A stretch of DNA of 33,397 nucleotides, from the IMG/VR virus record IMGVR_UViG_3300016666_000113, positions 1-33,397 of that record. One strand, written 5' to 3'. A program made the translations under genes and the position numbers. Each line of letters begins with the position of its first letter. Positions within the stretch are counted from its first letter, which is position 1. Below are positions 1-9,164 of this stretch, in pieces. This DNA is from a virus (Duplodnaviria > Caudoviricetes). The notes under the pieces are model-generated. The model was not told where the DNA came from. It made no database searches and saw only the letters and a list, made by a program, of their open reading frames with translations.

Positions 1-22
1 CCAAGACCTAAGTTGCCAGAGG
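1..22. repeat. Terminal direct repeat (circular assembly overlap), left copy
   Basis: CCAAGACCTAAGTTGCCAGAGG at 1-22 is identical to 33376-33397; the tail-fibre ORF continues in frame across the join. Confidence 0.95.
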
Positions 23-317
23 AATCAATCCTAGCCCTCTCAGTACCACCTGTGGTAATACCAACAGTATCAGCAGCAGGGAAGAACAAACCTGTATTGG
101 TGTCTCCAGTAGCCGTAATAGAGGGAACAGATGCGCTACCTGCAGGATGGATGTAAACGTCTTGCGAACCAGACTGCCAATCCTTGAGTTGCTTCATCAA
201 CGTGCGGATAGCATCGTTAATCCCTGAAGGGGCGCATCCCTCGTCAATGTTGATACCGCCAATGTCCGTGTTGGAATTTGCGGTTGCGCTGTAATCGCTG
301 ATTTTGTCTTTTGACAT
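1..317 (-). CDS. Tail fibre/tail spike, N-terminal part (continues at 33375 after circularisation; about 448 aa in total)
   Basis: Manual translation from ATG 317 (AAGGA SD upstream): MSKDKISDYSATANSNTDIGGINIDEGCAPSGINDAIRTLMKQLKDW...GDTNTGLFFPAADTVGITTGGTERARIDSSGNLGL; joins the 32346-33341 frame without a stop. Confidence 0.85.
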   Translation of the reverse strand, partial: MSKDKISDYSATANSNTDIGGINIDEGCAPSGINDAIRTLMKQLKDWQSGSQDVYIHPAGSASVPSITATGDTNTGLFFPAADTVGITTGGTERARIDSSGNLGL

Positions 318-326
318 GATTTTCCT

Positions 327-1928
327 TTATTGCTTCATTTGTTCTGCTTGATAAAGCAAGTTAAACATTGTTGGGTAGTCAATTTCAGGGATTCTTTGAC
401 CAACATCCAATAAACCTCTTGTAGCTCTTCCTGCACCATAAGCAGCCTCTCCGACCATTCTTGGAGAAGATACAGCCGCACCACCCACAACAGCAGGAGC
501 TCCACCAAGCGAGAATAAGCCAATACCACCAATCGGAGCCGTTGCTCTTTGGATTCCTCTAGGAGTCCAATCAGCCATAGCCTGTCCAGCTAAAGAAGGC
601 ATCATTTGCTGACCGCCCTGTGCTTCTAGCTGTTGCGCCAATTTAAGACGCTGACCATAGTTTGTATTAACGTTATTACGCATCAATGACTGCAATTTAC
701 GCATTGCTGTATCAGCAGAAGCCTTATCTCCAAGAGACAAAGCCCTTTCAATCTCACGAATCAACTCAGTTGAATCTGAGTAAGATTTCATGGTCTTAGC
801 GTAAGTTGGCGCTTGCTTATTTATCTCGTTTTTAATCGAGTTGTAAACGCCCTTAACAACCGTGTCAGAAGTTGTCCGAGGCTGTAAGCCTTCTAAGATT
901 TGCCCGACACTTTGCTTTAGAGCATCAATGCCTTCAGGTGTGTGAAACTCGGCAGGGTCTAATTGTTTCCATTCATCAATAATGGATTTAGCTTCCGAGA
1001 GTTTATTGGCAGCCTCTTGGTTTTTAATCTGACCCTTAAAGGAAACTTTGTCAAAAGCCTCACCTAAAGCCTTGTCAATTCCAGCAAAATCAAGGACTGT
1101 TTTATCTCCCTTGATATTTGCCATGTTTGCTTTGTATGTATTGCTACGGTCTAAACGGATTTGGTCAAGGTTTTGCTTTGCAATATCCAAGACTTCCATC
1201 ATGTCAGCAGTACCACGCATATTCTGAGTGAATTGCTGACCACGCTGACCGCCTTCTACACCAGCCTTAAACGCCTGAGAAATAGGCTCAGTTCCAACAC
1301 CTGTGGTAACGCCTAAAACCTTCTCAGCAACGCTTCCAGCGCCTTTTACAGCGGTTGTAGCGCCTTTTGTAGCCAAAGCCAATGGGTCAACCATAGTTGC
1401 TGCTTTTGACAAAGTTCCAGCCACTTGAGGCGCTCTTGCGGCAGCCATTGAACCGCCTGTCAAAACGGTAGAAATGTCAGCCATGACACTAGCAGGGTCT
1501 GTTGCAATAGCACGTTTAGCGCCTTCTACGGAGCCGTATTTATCAACGTACATTTGAGCAACTTGACTAGCCGCTTGGCGAGATGGTTTATCTTCTCCAA
1601 TAGCCTTAACAAGAGCCTCTGGAAGAATGTTTTGCAGAGTACCAGCGCCAACATCAAGAATCGCCTTCCCTGTCTGCAATGGGCTAGAAATAGCAGAAAT
1701 AATATCTCCAACCATCTTTGTTGTTGAAGATGGCAGATTTTTAACTGCTTTTGTAGCCACATCTAAAGCGCCCATCTCTTTATAAGATTCACGATTTAGA
1801 CTTTCAGCCTTTTTATCTGGGAAATCTAAAGCAACACGCTTCAAAACATCTTCTCGACTCAATGAGTCAGGGGCGTTCTCATATATGTGAGAAGTTCCAT
1901 CAGTAAACGAAACCGTAATGTCAGCCAT
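327..1928 (-). CDS. Internal virion / DNA ejection protein (largest of three)
   Basis: About 533 aa from ATG 1928 (track start 1937); Ala/Gly-rich, helical, hydrophobic Gly-rich C-terminal segment; lies between tail genes and tail fibre as in podophage ejection modules. Confidence 0.7.
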   Translation of the reverse strand: MADITVSFTDGTSHIYENAPDSLSREDVLKRVALDFPDKKAESLNRESYKEMGALDVATKAVKNLPSSTTKMVGDIISAISSPLQTGKAILDVGAGTLQNILPEALVKAIGEDKPSRQAASQVAQMYVDKYGSVEGAKRAIATDPASVMADISTVLTGGSMAAARAPQVAGTLSKAATMVDPLALATKGATTAVKGAGSVAEKVLGVTTGVGTEPISQAFKAGVEGGQRGQQFTQNMRGTADMMEVLDIAKQNLDQIRLDRSNTYKANMANIKGDKTVLDFAGIDKALGEAFDKVSFKGQIKNQEAANKLSEAKSIIDEWKQLDPAEFHTPEGIDALKQSVGQILEGLQPRTTSDTVVKGVYNSIKNEINKQAPTYAKTMKSYSDSTELIREIERALSLGDKASADTAMRKLQSLMRNNVNTNYGQRLKLAQQLEAQGGQQMMPSLAGQAMADWTPRGIQRATAPIGGIGLFSLGGAPAVVGGAAVSSPRMVGEAAYGAGRATRGLLDVGQRIPEIDYPTMFNLLYQAEQMKQ

Positions 1929-1930
1929 TT

Positions 1931-3259
1931 TTACCACCCACTCTTAGAAGGGCCAGAAGGTTTGGCGGGATTTTTCAATTCTTTTTCAATTTCTTTAGCC
2001 ACACCACCCAAACCATACAAGCGATCTAAGTTCTTCAAAGCCTCTAAGTTGGCTTCATAGCTTAGTTGTGGGTTTGTGGCAGCGTTCAAGTACAGTTGCA
2101 TTTCAGCATTTGAGTTCATTTGCTGTGCGCTCATGCCTGTTGCATTTTTAATCAGGTTAAGCAAAAGTGGTCGAGTTTGCTCAATCTTTTGACGCTCTTC
2201 CTGAGTTTTTGTGCCAACAGCACCGCCGATAGCCTGACCAAATCCAGAAGAACTTAGACGAGCACCAATGTTGCCAAAACCAGATTCTTGTGCGCTAACA
2301 ATTCCACCTTGCTCTTTCAAGGTTTCATAATTCTTTTTCAAAGAACCAACAATGTCAGTCAGTTGAGATTTAGCTTCAGATTTAGTAGTTGCGGCTTGTT
2401 CACGTTTTTCCTGTGCTGCGCTTACCTTTTCGTCAGCCAACATTCTTTGAGTTGCTAAAGACATTTGACGAGCAGATTCAGTTCCAGCTTGCGCCACTAA
2501 ACGATCTTGCCTTGCCATTTCACGGTCTTGTGCGGATTGAACCCTAGCACCTAAATCAGCCAAACGCTTATCTGCTGTTTCTGGGTCAATCAAACCAGCA
2601 GCATAGCTTTTCTCATAGTTTGCAGCCACTTGACGCAAAGCCAATGGCACAGATTGATCTTGTGCAAATACGGTAAATGGATTCTCGGTTTGAGCCATGC
2701 CACCAGTAAATCCTGCTTTACGCAAGTCAGGAACCAATTTTGACATTGTTGCCAAAGTCTCAATCGGGTTAGACGATCTAGCTGCCAAAGCCATGAGCCT
2801 ATTTGTATCTACGCTAATGTTTTGTCTAGCTGGAGTCATTCCACCGCCAGGCAACAGATTCCCCTCATCATCACGAATAACGCCTTGAGTTGGCTGACCG
2901 TACATTGTCAGTTGCTCTGGAGTTTGAGAAACTTGGAAAATCTGCGGGAAAAGTTGGCGCATATTCTCGGCTTCTTTTTGCTTGCGAATTTGCTCACTAA
3001 TTTGCAAAGATGCAACTTTTTCCTGAAGTCCTTGGTTCAACGCTTTACGATAAGCGTCTTGTCCCATTTGCAGACCTTGAGCGATAGCCAAAGCACCACC
3101 GCCAGGTGTACGGCTAGGCGCACCTGCTTGGAGTAAGGCAGTCGCCATGTTCAGCGTTCCTTGCTCTTGTGCTTGTTGGCGCAAACGATTCAGTTCGTCA
3201 GTACCCAACAGACCACCGTAGTAGTCTGGTGTTTGTCCGTAAAAGTCTAAAAGTGCCAT
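1931..3259 (-). CDS. Internal virion / DNA ejection protein
   Basis: 442 aa, Gln/Ala/Gly-rich, coiled-coil-like stretches; middle gene of the three-gene ejection block. Confidence 0.7.
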   Translation of the reverse strand: MALLDFYGQTPDYYGGLLGTDELNRLRQQAQEQGTLNMATALLQAGAPSRTPGGGALAIAQGLQMGQDAYRKALNQGLQEKVASLQISEQIRKQKEAENMRQLFPQIFQVSQTPEQLTMYGQPTQGVIRDDEGNLLPGGGMTPARQNISVDTNRLMALAARSSNPIETLATMSKLVPDLRKAGFTGGMAQTENPFTVFAQDQSVPLALRQVAANYEKSYAAGLIDPETADKRLADLGARVQSAQDREMARQDRLVAQAGTESARQMSLATQRMLADEKVSAAQEKREQAATTKSEAKSQLTDIVGSLKKNYETLKEQGGIVSAQESGFGNIGARLSSSGFGQAIGGAVGTKTQEERQKIEQTRPLLLNLIKNATGMSAQQMNSNAEMQLYLNAATNPQLSYEANLEALKNLDRLYGLGGVAKEIEKELKNPAKPSGPSKSGW

Positions 3260-3261
3260 GA

Positions 3262-4149
3262 TTACAGCCCAATCAATTTTCTAGTGTAAGGGTCTAATCC
3301 AAAACTATCTCCACCGCCACCGCTACCCATCAACCAATCGTAGCCTTTTTGGATATATGGAGAACCTCTATCCAATAACTGAAGTCCTAACAAACCAGTT
3401 CCCAATGCGGTAGCGGTTGGGTTAGTGAAGTAAGGAGTCTGAGTTGTCTGTGTTCTGCCAGCAGGGAAGCCGTAGACTTGATTCAGATAGTTTGTCAGAT
3501 TGGCTTGAGGTGCGGCTTGCTCAAATGCAAACTTCTCTTTAGCAGCCTGAAGTGCTTGCTGTTGGTAACCCTCTCCAAACTGACCTGCGGCTAACAGTTT
3601 GTTAATGTCAGCGTAATCAGCAGCAGCCATCTCTGGTGCGCCAAATGTTGCCTGTTGTTGACGAGCACGTTCTTGGGCGTAATTCTGATATGCCAGTTGT
3701 CCAGCAGTTCCTGTCAGGCTCTGAGCCAAAGTGTTAGCCGCTTGATTCTGAAGGTTAGTCATCGCACCAGAACCGTAGCGACCTGCTTTAGATGCCTGTG
3801 AAGCCACATTGCCAATCGCTTGATTAAAAGCGTTTGTAGCGGCTTGGGCAGCAGGTTGGAAAGCACCTTGAAAGAAAGGATTGCCACCAAGATAATCACC
3901 TTGGATTGTTCCGTACAGTTGATTTTGGGCAGCAGAAGTCAGAGGAGAACCAGCTTGAGCACGAGCCTGTAAAGCGGCTAGACCTGTCTGTGTTGCCTCT
4001 GAAGGCCCGACATAACCCTGACCTGTGAAATACTTTGGCCCACCTGCTTGGTAGAGGCGCTGAGATTCTTCCAGACCGTATTTCAGAAACGGCTGAATCG
4101 TTGGGTCAATCTGAGTTGTGGATGTAGATGTTGCGGTTTCGACTGCCAT
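3262..4149 (-). CDS. Internal virion / DNA ejection (pilot-like) protein
   Basis: 295 aa, Gln/Ala/Gly-rich, T/S-rich N-terminus (TATSTSTTQIDP), GRYGSG motif, Gly-rich hydrophobic C-terminus. Confidence 0.7.
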   Translation of the reverse strand: MAVETATSTSTTQIDPTIQPFLKYGLEESQRLYQAGGPKYFTGQGYVGPSEATQTGLAALQARAQAGSPLTSAAQNQLYGTIQGDYLGGNPFFQGAFQPAAQAATNAFNQAIGNVASQASKAGRYGSGAMTNLQNQAANTLAQSLTGTAGQLAYQNYAQERARQQQATFGAPEMAAADYADINKLLAAGQFGEGYQQQALQAAKEKFAFEQAAPQANLTNYLNQVYGFPAGRTQTTQTPYFTNPTATALGTGLLGLQLLDRGSPYIQKGYDWLMGSGGGGDSFGLDPYTRKLIGL

Positions 4150-4229
4150 TTTCGTTCCTTTTCACTAAGGGACTCCGAGGCGGGTCATCCACGGAGCCAA
4201 TTATATACACTAGCCTACCAAAATGTAAG
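4150..4229 (-). promoter_or_regulatory. Putative promoter and structured leader ahead of the ejection genes
   Basis: CTTACA-18 nt-TATAAT (-10 at 4205-4200), then hairpin GGCUCCGUGG-AUGACCCG-CCUCGGAGUC (4198-4171), then AAGGA SD. Confidence 0.45.
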
Positions 4230-4992
4230 CATAAGTCTTGTCTGATGTTGAGTTCGCAAAGTGGGTTAATGTCGCCTCGCCCTTGGTCTGGGAGCTGACG
4301 TAGACGTTTGTAGAGGCAGACGGAGCCACATATTGAGCCGTGATAATTGCTGATGGGACAGCAGGGCGGGTTGGACTTGTGGAAGTCCCGTATTGCTCAA
4401 TACTGACCCCCGTATCCGATACACGCCACTTTAATTCCACATAGTCGCCAGCTTGCATCTCAACAAAGAAATTCATTGCTGCGATAAGGTGGGATGGGTC
4501 GCCAGAACTCTTCCGAGCAGGTAACGAGAAACGGCTGTTTGACTTGTCAATATTCGTTCCATTCTTGGCAAACCAAATATCAACGTCTTGGGTGTCGTTT
4601 GTCGTGTTTTTAAGCTGAATTGAGAACTGGATGTTATAAATCCCGTAATTCCTGACGTTCACCCGAGAACTGTTGGACAGATAGACCCCATTTGAGTAGT
4701 CTGTCGTGTCAAAAGTAATCGAGTAAGCCGTAGTCGTATTGGCGGCTGTCTGATCGGTAGAGTCCTGAAAAGCCCCATAAGGAGCAGAATCAGTCTCAGC
4801 AGCGTCAGAGAACGGAATCAGCACAATCTTGGTATCTGCGCTAATTCTTTCGTCAGTTATCGTGGTCGTGGTGGCGTTTCCTGTCGCCAAGGTAACCGTT
4901 CCATGATTGTTCGTCTTACCGTTCATTATCCCGTTGACGATCTCAGCCACACCCCTTTGGTCGGCTCCAAATACAGGGAGAAGGCGAAACAT
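4210..4992 (-). CDS. Tail protein with an inserted C1q/TNF-like beta-sandwich domain
   Basis: 260 aa; the central YGAFQDSTDQ...ITFDTTDYSNG...GIYNIQFSIQL...GDYVELKW segment has the C1q-like pattern common in phage virion proteins; directly follows the tail nozzle gene. Confidence 0.6.
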   Translation of the reverse strand: MFRLLPVFGADQRGVAEIVNGIMNGKTNNHGTVTLATGNATTTTITDERISADTKIVLIPFSDAAETDSAPYGAFQDSTDQTAANTTTAYSITFDTTDYSNGVYLSNSSRVNVRNYGIYNIQFSIQLKNTTNDTQDVDIWFAKNGTNIDKSNSRFSLPARKSSGDPSHLIAAMNFFVEMQAGDYVELKWRVSDTGVSIEQYGTSTSPTRPAVPSAIITAQYVAPSASTNVYVSSQTKGEATLTHFANSTSDKTYAYILVG

Positions 4993-6644
4993 TACCTATT
5001 CCCCTGTGGTTGAATCTCAACATCCACCGCAACAGCCATCTTCCAGTTGTCGCCAGTAGGATTAACCTGAATCCGATGGTAATTCCCAGACCCCCTCAAA
5101 GAAACTCGGTTATCCGAATCCGCTGCGGTAGCCGTTCCAAAAGTCACCACCTCATTTAAGAGAGTTCTAGAAGCCAAAGCCACAGTCGCAGAACCGTTGT
5201 CAATCTGTGGTCGAGCTAGGTTAATCAAAGACCGCCCACCTGTGGAAATATCGCCTGTCTCGATAGTCGCTGACTTATTCGCCCCGCTAAACGTAACCAC
5301 CTTAGTCCCAGAAGTGCCGCCAAGGAAGTATTTACCACCTGCGTATAGGTTGGAGTCAAGAGACACAGAAAGAGCGTCTAAAGAGGCGTTAACGCTGTCT
5401 AATTGCTCAACAGTCACCGAGGCAGTAGTAGCATCAGAAATATAGTCCGAGGCTGCCATCATCACAGACCATTTCTTAGTCGTGAAGCTGTAAACCAACA
5501 TTTTCCTTTCTGCGAACTTACTCTTGTAATTCCACAGAACGAGTTTACGGATAGGGTCAACCGCAGAGGACATGGTTGTAAAGTCTGGGTCGGCATCGTT
5601 AAAGAAGAACCGATCTACCTTCTCAGCGCCGATTGGCACGACTTGTTGACCATCACACAAATAAAACCCGTCATCAGACAGGAAGAAAGTCAGACCTTGA
5701 TACTGACTTACTGAGCCTGATGCGATACAGCCCTTCTCTCGGCTGATGTTGTCGAATTGGAAGATAAACGGAGTGCCGACATAGCTCATCCGATGGATTG
5801 CCTTTTCCATCAGGATAAGACCAAACTCACCGCCTCGGATACCAGTAATATGCCCACCATCGGGAATGTCTTGGTAATCAGCCTGAGTGATTTGGCTTGT
5901 TGTCCAAGTGGTTTCATCATTTATTCCAGACCATTGAACCCGATAAGGCAGATTCCCGCCAGCCGAGTCTAAGTGAGCACAAACAACAAAATCCCTCACA
6001 ACGGTCACAAACTTGGCAATAGGCGCATCGTCTGCCAGATTCCTAAACGATGTGCTCGTATCAGCCACAAACGACTGAAGGCGGTCACCAAAGTTAGCAG
6101 CGATTGTCCTATTTCCAAATCGAGTGAAGCGAATTCTCTCGTTCGCAGGGGTGTTAAATCCTGTCTCAGAGGCAGAGATTCTCACGTTTCCGCTTGTTGT
6201 GGCAGAAGTCGTGGTAATCGTGAAAGTGTCAGCGGTTAGCTTGGTAACAGTAAAAGTCCCATCGGTAGCCGTTCCGCTTGTGAAATTGAGATAAACAGAA
6301 TCGCCTGTTTTCCAACCATGAGCCGTAGCTGTCACGGTCAGAGTGGTCGTTCCCGTTTGGGCGTAAGTCCCTGATGTGTACCAAACCTGAGTCAAAGCGC
6401 CAACAGAGTCAACGGTGTAAATCTTATCCTGACCTGCTGCGAATAATTTAATAGTCCCAGATTGGTCTTTAGAGTACGAAAGGGTAAGCAAATTCTCATC
6501 AGCAGCCGCTGAGAAATAAGCCTCAGACGGAAAAGGCGCATATCCCGTAGCCGTTGGGTAACAATTTAAGGCAGTCTGAATCCCACCAACCAAGCCAGGC
6601 TGATCTGGTGTCCACTCGCCTAATGCGATTCGTTGTGTAGGCAT
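4992..6644 (-). CDS. Tail tube B / nozzle (P22 gp10-like stabilisation protein)
   Basis: 550 aa, beta-rich propeller-like pattern (VQWSGINDETTW; GCIASGSV...FFLSDDGFY...IGAEKVDRFF); position after adaptor. Confidence 0.7.
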   Translation of the reverse strand: MPTQRIALGEWTPDQPGLVGGIQTALNCYPTATGYAPFPSEAYFSAAADENLLTLSYSKDQSGTIKLFAAGQDKIYTVDSVGALTQVWYTSGTYAQTGTTTLTVTATAHGWKTGDSVYLNFTSGTATDGTFTVTKLTADTFTITTTSATTSGNVRISASETGFNTPANERIRFTRFGNRTIAANFGDRLQSFVADTSTSFRNLADDAPIAKFVTVVRDFVVCAHLDSAGGNLPYRVQWSGINDETTWTTSQITQADYQDIPDGGHITGIRGGEFGLILMEKAIHRMSYVGTPFIFQFDNISREKGCIASGSVSQYQGLTFFLSDDGFYLCDGQQVVPIGAEKVDRFFFNDADPDFTTMSSAVDPIRKLVLWNYKSKFAERKMLVYSFTTKKWSVMMAASDYISDATTASVTVEQLDSVNASLDALSVSLDSNLYAGGKYFLGGTSGTKVVTFSGANKSATIETGDISTGGRSLINLARPQIDNGSATVALASRTLLNEVVTFGTATAADSDNRVSLRGSGNYHRIQVNPTGDNWKMAVAVDVEIQPQGNR

Positions 6645-6645
6645 A

Positions 6646-7536
6646 CTATCCCTGTCTTAACCAAGTGTTGTTATTTTGCGACACTTCTGACCATGTGTTT
6701 GAGTTCGCAGAAACGTCTGTCCATGTGTCTGAACTAGCACTCACAGTTGTCCAAGTGTTGTTATTTTGCGACACATCATTCCAAGTATCTTCGCTAGTCG
6801 TAACGTCAACCCAATTATCGCCCAGACGCACCCCATTACAAGTAACAGTAGCATCGCACGAAATTGAGCCGCTGAAGTCGTAGATTGCATAAGCACTAGC
6901 CTCGCAAGTTCCTGAACATTCAATGCTTGCAGTACCGTCTGCGGTTATCCCCCCCAAAGCAGAAACAGTCGCAGTTGCGGTAATTGAGGCATCAGCCTGA
7001 CGAACCCTAATGGAATCTGCGCTTACAGTAGCCGCACAGGAAATATCAGCCACTCCGCTTGCCACGATACCGCCCAAAGCGGTTACATCAGCAGAACAGG
7101 AAATAGCCGCATCTCCAAACTGAACTCTAATTCCAGCGGCAGATACAGTTGCGGTTGAATCAATAGCACCTGAACCGAACTGGACTCTTGTTCCAGCAGC
7201 AGAAACAGAGGCAGAAGCGTCAACAGAACCAGAAGCGTATTGAACCCTCGTGGCATCGCAGGAAACGGTCGCAGAAGCGTCTATTGCGCCTGAACCATAC
7301 TGAACCCTTATCCCGTCAGCAGATGCGCTTGCAGAGGTTGTTACAGAAGCAGAGGCTAATTGGACTCGTATCGCATCAGCCGAAACCGATGCGCTAGAAG
7401 TAACCGAACCGTAAGCATCCCACCGAGTGACTGACGTTGTGTATAACGGACTGTCAAGCGACAGCGTTAACGAGTCTAGACTAGCCTTTAGATTATCAAG
7501 GCTGTCTATTGTCCACGGTGGGAGCAGGTCAGCCAT
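6646..7536 (-). CDS. Ser/Ala/Thr-rich repeat virion protein (putative fibre)
   Basis: 296 aa; about ten 20-aa repeats (e.g. YGSGAIDASATVSCDATRVQ) followed by six Trp residues at 10-aa spacing. Confidence 0.6.
   Translation of the reverse strand: MADLLPPWTIDSLDNLKASLDSLTLSLDSPLYTTSVTRWDAYGSVTSSASVSADAIRVQLASASVTTSASASADGIRVQYGSGAIDASATVSCDATRVQYASGSVDASASVSAAGTRVQFGSGAIDSTATVSAAGIRVQFGDAAISCSADVTALGGIVASGVADISCAATVSADSIRVRQADASITATATVSALGGITADGTASIECSGTCEASAYAIYDFSGSISCDATVTCNGVRLGDNWVDVTTSEDTWNDVSQNNNTWTTVSASSDTWTDVSANSNTWSEVSQNNNTWLRQG
6661..6774. repeat. Exact 24-bp direct repeat within the Trp-decamer coding repeats
   Basis: CCAAGTGTTGTTATTTTGCGACAC at 6661-6684 and 6751-6774 (encodes VSQNNNTW twice). 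Confidence 0.9.
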
Positions 7537-7537
7537 A

Positions 7538-7924
7538 TCACGCCAAAGTCACGCTCAATGAACCAGAAGCAATGCGGAAAACGTCACCAGTAGCGATGGT
7601 TTTCGAGGCATCTAAGGCTGTGTGGAATAGCAAGTTACCAGCGGTAGAGGCATCACGAATCCCAACATGGGTGATCGTTCCCCATGAGCCACCAGCTTGA
7701 GGAAATTCAATAGCCGATGAGTTTGTAGTCACCCCGTTAGATGGTGAACCAAAAGTAATCGCCTGACGAGCGTAAGAAGTACCTGAACACTCAGTACCAG
7801 AATCCGCATCGGTTGGGTCGCTAGTGTAGAGAGCCAAGTAAACAGTCGTTGGACTTGTGTAGCTTGTGTTTCGGAGAACAGCGTTTACAAGAGCGTTCTC
7901 AAGATAATTTGACATTTCAGACAT
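7538..7924 (-). CDS. Conserved small beta-rich virion protein (minor tail/fibre subunit)
   Basis: 128 aa with YLALYTSDP..., YARQAITF, IEFPQA..WGTITHVGIRDASTAGNLL, a pattern typical of a widespread minor structural protein family. Confidence 0.65.
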   Translation of the reverse strand: MSEMSNYLENALVNAVLRNTSYTSPTTVYLALYTSDPTDADSGTECSGTSYARQAITFGSPSNGVTTNSSAIEFPQAGGSWGTITHVGIRDASTAGNLLFHTALDASKTIATGDVFRIASGSLSVTLA

Positions 7925-7926
7925 AT

Positions 7927-8547
7927 TTACCTCGTTGCAAATGACATTGAAAGTGGAACACCTGAATACTGTGAAGATTCATCAGATGTTGAAAGCGTTG
8001 CGATACCCCTGTCATACAGAGAACCCCAGACCTGAATACGAGCATCGTTCATCAGATAAGGCTCTGCTTCTAACAGAGAGGCATACAGCAAAACATCAGG
8101 CGCATTTGCCATGAATACGTTGCTTGAATTTGAGTCACCCAAGAATGTAGGCGCTGCGAAATACAACAGTTCTAGCGTGTAAGTCGTATCTGGAATTGGA
8201 GACAACTTAAACTCTGATGCCAGAATCGTGTAATCAAGAGGCTTACCGCTAGTGGTCGATTTTGTGTTACGACTGAAAATAGCAGGGCTTGAGTAAGTCA
8301 ACGGCTGGATTGGATTGGTAGAAACGTAAAAGTCTCTAGCTTCCAAAAAGTCTGAAGGGAGTTCAACGGTTGAATCACCACCTGTCGTGGTCGTGGTCAC
8401 AGACTTAAGCATTTGACGAATACGCAACTCACGGCGTAAACGCAACTCCGCAAACCGAATGAAATCAGGAATCTGATCGGTCAAGTCGGTACGAGCCAAG
8501 TAGCTGGCAACCTTTGTTTTCAAATCTGAGTAAGTCGCTATGCTCAT
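7927..8547 (-). CDS. Head-tail adaptor (tail tube A-like)
   Basis: 206 aa; TYSDLKTKVASYLAR.DL...IPDFIRFAE, LPSDFLE, PIPD..Y, PDVLLYASLLEA; downstream of capsid gene. Confidence 0.75.
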   Translation of the reverse strand: MSIATYSDLKTKVASYLARTDLTDQIPDFIRFAELRLRRELRIRQMLKSVTTTTTGGDSTVELPSDFLEARDFYVSTNPIQPLTYSSPAIFSRNTKSTTSGKPLDYTILASEFKLSPIPDTTYTLELLYFAAPTFLGDSNSSNVFMANAPDVLLYASLLEAEPYLMNDARIQVWGSLYDRGIATLSTSDESSQYSGVPLSMSFATR

Positions 8548-9164
8548 ACATCATCCCAACCATATTCGTAAGTTCCGATATGCCTGATGTGCTTTGAAAG
8601 GTCGTGGTCAACAATGGTGTCGAAACCAGCGTCATACGCCTTTGCACAAAAGTAAATATCTTCCCCTATTGTCCCACCTTTGGCGGTTTTATCAAACCAA
8701 AACCAAGGCTTTTCAACTTTCTCGAAAACTTCTTTTCGGATTAGAACCATCCCGAATCCGACACCCATGACTTGCTCAAGACCTTCCTTGCCTTTACTGT
8801 CAACTTTCACCAAGTCTTTAGTTTCAGGACAAACATCTAAGGCTGTCGCTTGGATAGGGAAACGGCGGGTCGTTGCATTAACCCCAACAATGGGAAGTTC
8901 ACGGGATAAAAGGATTCTGAGCGCATCTTTTGGGAATCTCATGTCTGAGTCAACCCACAAAATAGCGTCAGCACCATCCTTTAAGGCTTCCTCGGCTAAC
9001 CTCTCACGTTGGTTAAATATCAACGTGCCTGGCACTTGGTAGATCAATAAAGACCCACCTTCTGCACATCGAGTCACACCTTCATACGCACACAATTTCG
9101 CTAGATCAAAAGCAAACCCTGTCATAACTGTGTCACGGCAGGGAACGCAAATAGCTACCTTCAT
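8544..9164 (-). CDS. GT-A fold (GT2-like) glycosyltransferase
   Basis: KVAICVP start, DxD motif (WVDSDM), GFGMVLIRKEVF, catalytic-type GEDIYFC, C-terminal HIG. Confidence 0.8.
   Translation of the reverse strand: MKVAICVPCRDTVMTGFAFDLAKLCAYEGVTRCAEGGSLLIYQVPGTLIFNQRERLAEEALKDGADAILWVDSDMRFPKDALRILLSRELPIVGVNATTRRFPIQATALDVCPETKDLVKVDSKGKEGLEQVMGVGFGMVLIRKEVFEKVEKPWFWFDKTAKGGTIGEDIYFCAKAYDAGFDTIVDHDLSKHIRHIGTYEYGWDDV

Noticed and set aside
1-22. Terminal repeat as a true physical DTR or att site
   Set aside because: It is 22 bp, lies mid-gene and no integrase is present; an assembly overlap is the simpler explanation.
6661-6800. 30-bp periodic repeats as a CRISPR array or DGR variable repeat
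   Set aside because: They are in-frame protein repeats without unique spacers; no cas or reverse transcriptase gene is present.
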